64,000 bases of DNA from Chloroflexota bacterium (GTDB lineage: Bacteria; Chloroflexota; Anaerolineae; Anaerolineales; Villigracilaceae), in assembly GCA_021414245.1 (NCBI GenBank), contig JAIOOU010000011.1:123881-187880 (forward strand). Reading direction: 5' to 3'. The number at the start of each line of letters is the position of its first letter. Position 1 is the stretch's first letter. The position numbers and the translations under genes were made by a program. Shown here in pieces: positions 60,105-64,000 of this stretch. Below the pieces are notes generated by a model that saw only the letters and a list, made by a program, of their open reading frames with translations, was not told where the DNA came from and did no database searches.

Positions 60105-61038
60105 ATCCGCTGCTGCTACTGCTTGAACTGCTGCTGCCCCCGCTGCTCGTACTGGTGCTGGAACTTGTGGCTGGTGAAGATACCTTCTTCAACAGGTCAT
60201 ACCAGAAGGACGAACCCTGGGATACCGCTGCCGCCGTAATTCCCAACCCGAGTGCCTTAAGCAGAATGAACATTGCCCATCCGGCATAATCGGAATTTTG
60301 CGGGAGCTCCTGGGTCTGCCACCAACCGATTCTGATCGAGAACGCGCCCAGATCATCGATAATATTGGACAGATCCGCATGTGCACCTTCGCGGGCCACA
60401 ACGGCATCCGCTTGAGCGGCGGCAATCGCCCGCAATTCAGCGCTGGTCCACAGCGCCTTGGCAAGTTGAATCGAGTCGGTTCCAAAAAGGACTGTTATGG
60501 AGATCGAAAGGATGATGACGAAACTTCGGGCGCGAGCCTTGAAGGTCGCGGCCGCCTGATCCAGCATGCCGCCAAAATAAGCCGTGGTACGGGTCCGCAA
60601 ATCAGCAAGATTGGTGACGCCCTGATTTATCCAGCCAATGAAGGCATTCTTTCCCTCCGAGTCGGGGAGCTTATCTATTAATTCGGCCAGCTGTAACAGG
60701 TCCATTTCTTTTTTGGCGCTCAAACCGGCCAGATCAAAAAACGCATCCACCAGGGTAGCCACCGGAACTTTTTCAATTTTCTTCGGCTCAGTGGCCGAGC
60801 CCAGCACACTTAAAAAATTCTTGTATCGGATCGGACGGAGCGCCTGCATTTGCGGCAGCTTGACCAGGTCTTCGATCTTCTTGTCACCAACGATCCTGAT
60901 CAAATATTGCTCCAGGGCCTTGCCGCGCGACTCCAGTGATTCATTAATCCATTGGGTCACCAGCGAAACCACGGAACCCAAAAGATAGTAAACAACGACA
61001 AGACCCACTGCAACTTCAAGAACTTGAGGAATGGACAT
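60103..61038 (-). CDS. Hypothetical membrane protein with a Ser-rich tail
   Basis: Three hydrophobic helices; LEVAVGL...QWINE..ESRGK start and GSSFWYDLLKK motif. Confidence 0.8.
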   Translation of the reverse strand: MSIPQVLEVAVGLVVVYYLLGSVVSLVTQWINESLESRGKALEQYLIRIVGDKKIEDLVKLPQMQALRPIRYKNFLSVLGSATEPKKIEKVPVATLVDAFFDLAGLSAKKEMDLLQLAELIDKLPDSEGKNAFIGWINQGVTNLADLRTRTTAYFGGMLDQAAATFKARARSFVIILSISITVLFGTDSIQLAKALWTSAELRAIAAAQADAVVAREGAHADLSNIIDDLGAFSIRIGWWQTQELPQNSDYAGWAMFILLKALGLGITAAAVSQGSSFWYDLLKKVSSPATSSSTSTSSGGSSSSSSSSSG

Positions 61039-61077
61039 GAACTTCTCCTGAAAAATGATGCTTCATTTTAATCAATG

Positions 61078-62634
61078 TTAATGCTTAAGCTCTTCCAATT
61101 CTGCAAGCCATTCCAATGGCCTGCCCCACCGTTTGCGTTCCCGTACGCCGATCTGATTCTTTCCAGGTCGATCCCACTTGGGTCCGGGCGGACCCGACTC
61201 ATCGCTCAGCATACTCTTCACACCCCACAACCCTTTATATTGTACCCAATCCGGCTCAGGATTCAAGACCACCCGCCGCCACACCTTCTCAGCAGGACGC
61301 ACCGTCCTCCGGTCAGACATGATCCGTTTAAGAAAACTGCTGGATTTTAACACGCCCTCCTTTAAGGTTTCCCCCTGCAAGCCGACACGGAACCCGTCCC
61401 CGGAGGCAATCTCGAGCGGCAGGCTCACCACATAATGATCGGTCTCATCGCGCATATAGATAAAGGCATCATCGGCAAGAAAATTCGTCCCCCGGGCTTG
61501 CAACTCCTTTAAGGCAATCTGACGCGCCTTTTGATTCGGATTGACCAATAAAAAGAGATAATGGATCAGCCCATCGATCCGAAACAGGAAGCGCTGCAAC
61601 CTGCCCGGTTTGTACATGCTCGGGGAACGGATCACTTCCGGCCGGCTGTAATTCGCATGAGATCCCAGCGCCACGTAAACAACCGGGTGCGAGGTGGCGT
61701 TCCCCTGCCTGTCAACCGCCTTCCTGACAGTATCCCATTTTTCGATATTTCCAGCACCATGTTGGGAGAACAGCACCGCATAAGGCAGTTCATTCCGAAG
61801 ATAGACAGCGATCATCTCCCAATCCCCTTCATGATGATTCATCCCATTCGCGGCCAGCCGCCAGTCATTGAACGCATAAAAAAAATGATACTGCAGGATC
61901 GACCAGCGATTATTTTTTTCGTCGGTCTCGTTTAAAACACGCCCATAATAGAGCGGGGCCGGTTCCTTTTCCAGGATCTCGGCATACTGGAAAAAGGCCT
62001 CCCGCGCGATCTTTTCCGTGGCCTGAGACAGCATGTCCATGATGAGACCGGGGCCTTCCGGCAGGACATGATCCAAAATAAGTTTCATGGTTCGAACCGA
62101 AAGATAAAATAACCCGATCAGATAGATCGGAAGCAAAACAAGATATTCGACTTCCACACTGACATACTGACTGGGCCGCAGAAAAAACCAGATCGGTGCA
62201 ACCCCAAGGGAAATAAAAAGGAGTGCTGCCAGCGCAGCCGGGATACTGCGCAACCGAATTGGGGAGGCAAGCATGAAGATGACCAACGCAGCCATCAGGG
62301 AAAGCACAAAAACAGACTCGGCCCCCGGCCAATCCGCCACAAACCACCCGCCCGCCAGCCCAATTCCCGACAACACGCCCCACCAAACCCACACATCAGA
62401 ATCATTGAGTGGCTTGTTCACAAAACGCAAATAATGCTGCTCACTTTGGAGTTTCCCGATACGTTCCGCCAGAGGCTCATTCAAATGGGCCAAAGATTCC
62501 ATTACCCCCAATGGTCCGCCAGGAAAAAGTGCGCACCTCTCAAGATATGAATCGACCGCCATTGGAAAAAACCTTTCGCTTTTTGCAAAGCGGAGCACAG
62601 GTTCATATTGTTCAAGCAATTCGGCTTCAGTCAC
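61078..62634 (-). CDS. Vps62/NPP1-like protein with a transmembrane insertion
   Basis: YEPVLRF..SERFFP, HHEGDWE, FSQH, HPVVYVALGSHANY, GPPGPK; four TM segments inserted; start probably GTG 62634 (track 62658). Confidence 0.65.
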   Translation of the reverse strand: MTEAELLEQYEPVLRFAKSERFFPMAVDSYLERCALFPGGPLGVMESLAHLNEPLAERIGKLQSEQHYLRFVNKPLNDSDVWVWWGVLSGIGLAGGWFVADWPGAESVFVLSLMAALVIFMLASPIRLRSIPAALAALLFISLGVAPIWFFLRPSQYVSVEVEYLVLLPIYLIGLFYLSVRTMKLILDHVLPEGPGLIMDMLSQATEKIAREAFFQYAEILEKEPAPLYYGRVLNETDEKNNRWSILQYHFFYAFNDWRLAANGMNHHEGDWEMIAVYLRNELPYAVLFSQHGAGNIEKWDTVRKAVDRQGNATSHPVVYVALGSHANYSRPEVIRSPSMYKPGRLQRFLFRIDGLIHYLFLLVNPNQKARQIALKELQARGTNFLADDAFIYMRDETDHYVVSLPLEIASGDGFRVGLQGETLKEGVLKSSSFLKRIMSDRRTVRPAEKVWRRVVLNPEPDWVQYKGLWGVKSMLSDESGPPGPKWDRPGKNQIGVRERKRWGRPLEWLAELEELKH

Positions 62635-62660
62635 ATTGCCTCTATGGTATAAAAGCACAT

Positions 62661-63803
62661 ATGGACACTCAATCCCTCTCCCGATCCTTCCTGACCTATT
62701 TTAACTCCAAACCTCAATTCATTGTCCGGGCTCCGGGGCGGGTCAACTTGATCGGGGAACACACGGATTATAACGACGGATTCGTCCTGCCCATGGCTAT
62801 TGACCGGGCGGTGTGGATGGCGCTCTCCCCCAGGGTCGATTCACTGGTCCGCGTTCGCTCCCTGGACCTGAAAGCTGATTCGGCTTTTGAATTAAATTCG
62901 CTTGTTCGGGGGGAGGGATGGGCGGAATATATCAAGGGGGTTGCCTTTGAACTACAGCAGGCGGGGCACACACTGCATGGCTTTGATGCCGTTATGACGG
63001 GAGATGTACCGCGAGGAGCCGGTCTTTCCTCTTCCGCAGCGGTTGAATTGACAGCAGCAAGAGCCTTTGCAGCTGTTTCAAACCTGGAATGGAATGCCAC
63101 TCAAATGGCCATTCTCGCCCAAAAAGCTGAAAATGATTGGGTTGGGGTGAAATGTGGAATTATGGATCAAATGGCAAGCTCGGCCTCCAGGGAAGGATTT
63201 GCATTATTCCTGGATTGCCGCTCCCTGGAAATTCAACATGCCCCCCTGCCGGAGAATGCATCCATCGTAATTTTGGATACCTCCACAAGGCGGGGGTTGG
63301 TGGATTCGGCATATAACCAGAGAAGAAGTCAATGTGAATCAGCGGCCCGCTGGTTTGGCGTCAAGGCACTGAGGGATGTAAGCATTGAAGAGTTCAAAAG
63401 AAAAACAAAAACTGAAAAATTGGACGAAATTATCCTGAAGAGAGCCAGGCATATTGTCACAGAAAATGCCCGCGTTCTGGAAGCCGTCCAGGTCATGAAA
63501 TCAGGAAATATAAAAAGACTGGGCGAACTCTTCAATTCCAGTCATGCCAGTTTGCGGGATGATTTCGAGGTGACCAACGAAGCGCTTAACATCATGGTCG
63601 AATGCGCCAATGAACAGCAAAGTTGTTTCGGGGCTCGAATGACAGGAGCAGGGTTTGGCGGGTGCGCGGTGGCACTGGTGGACAAGAACAGGGTCCAGGA
63701 GTTTGTAAATGCAGTTTCAGCCGCCTACAGGCAAAGGTCGGGACTCGAAGCCAGCGTTTATATTTGCAAGGCAAGTGAGGGCGCAAATGTCACGCAGCAT
63801 TGA
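62661..63803 (+). CDS. galK: Galactokinase
   Basis: APGRVNLIGEHTDYNDG, PRGAGLSSSAA, CGIMDQ, GARMTGAGFGGC; start revised from 62409. Confidence 0.97.
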   Translation: MDTQSLSRSFLTYFNSKPQFIVRAPGRVNLIGEHTDYNDGFVLPMAIDRAVWMALSPRVDSLVRVRSLDLKADSAFELNSLVRGEGWAEYIKGVAFELQQAGHTLHGFDAVMTGDVPRGAGLSSSAAVELTAARAFAAVSNLEWNATQMAILAQKAENDWVGVKCGIMDQMASSASREGFALFLDCRSLEIQHAPLPENASIVILDTSTRRGLVDSAYNQRRSQCESAARWFGVKALRDVSIEEFKRKTKTEKLDEIILKRARHIVTENARVLEAVQVMKSGNIKRLGELFNSSHASLRDDFEVTNEALNIMVECANEQQSCFGARMTGAGFGGCAVALVDKNRVQEFVNAVSAAYRQRSGLEASVYICKASEGANVTQH

Positions 63804-63825
63804 ATTTTACAGATTTCAAGCAGGC

Positions 63826-63868
63826 AGAAACAAAAAAGACCGCGTTTTGCGCGGTCTTTTTTGTTTCT
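63826..63868. terminator. Bidirectional terminator
   Basis: agaaacaaaaaagaccgcg/cgcggtcttttttgtttct. Confidence 0.8.
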
Positions 63869-63871
63869 TAT

Positions 63872-64000
63872 TTAGCTATAAGCCATCTGCTCGACTTCAA
63901 TCGGGCGTTTGCGGGGCTGTCGCTTGATGATCTTTTCAGCAGCAATCCGCGTCTGGCGCATCTGGGCATTCCGGATGATGAGTTTCATGAACTTCGCATG
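63872..64000 (-). CDS. 3' end of an unidentified gene entering from the window end
   Basis: Open frame HAKFMKLIIRNAQMRQTRIAAEKIIKRQPRKRPIEVEQMAYS* ending at the shared terminator. Confidence 0.55.
   Translation of the reverse strand, partial: HAKFMKLIIRNAQMRQTRIAAEKIIKRQPRKRPIEVEQMAYS

Overview
Bacterial chromosomal window, most likely from a Chloroflexota (Anaerolineae-like) genome; this is inferred from protein families, the Gram-positive-type SOS box and gene order. The backbone is GC-rich housekeeping DNA: an ECF sigma/anti-sigma pair with a Gly-rich TolB-like lipoprotein, MinD-like ATPase, ligA, transporters, proteases, two rRNA-methyltransferase-like genes, galK and a dcw cluster (mraZ to ftsZ) lacking murE. 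Two AT-richer accessory regions interrupt it. Region 1 (about 19.2-26.8 kb) holds a ParB/DGQHR-like + HEPN gene pair (candidate defence module), a degenerate 21-bp tandem array, and a cassette of HTH regulator, RecA-like/small-protein fusion and archaeal-PolB2-like polymerase. That cassette lies behind a near-consensus sigma70 promoter with a LexA-type box in its spacer, making it a candidate SOS mutagenesis system and the top finding. Region 2 (about 33-41.6 kb, directly after ftsZ) holds an Ig-stalk polymorphic toxin with a REase-fold tip, its immunity gene, and an orphan cassette with duplicated sequence. A yybP-ykoY (Mn2+) riboswitch precedes a dedA/P-type ATPase operon. No rRNA, tRNA, CRISPR array, integrase or transposase was recognised. 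All family assignments come from motif recognition by eye, not database searches.
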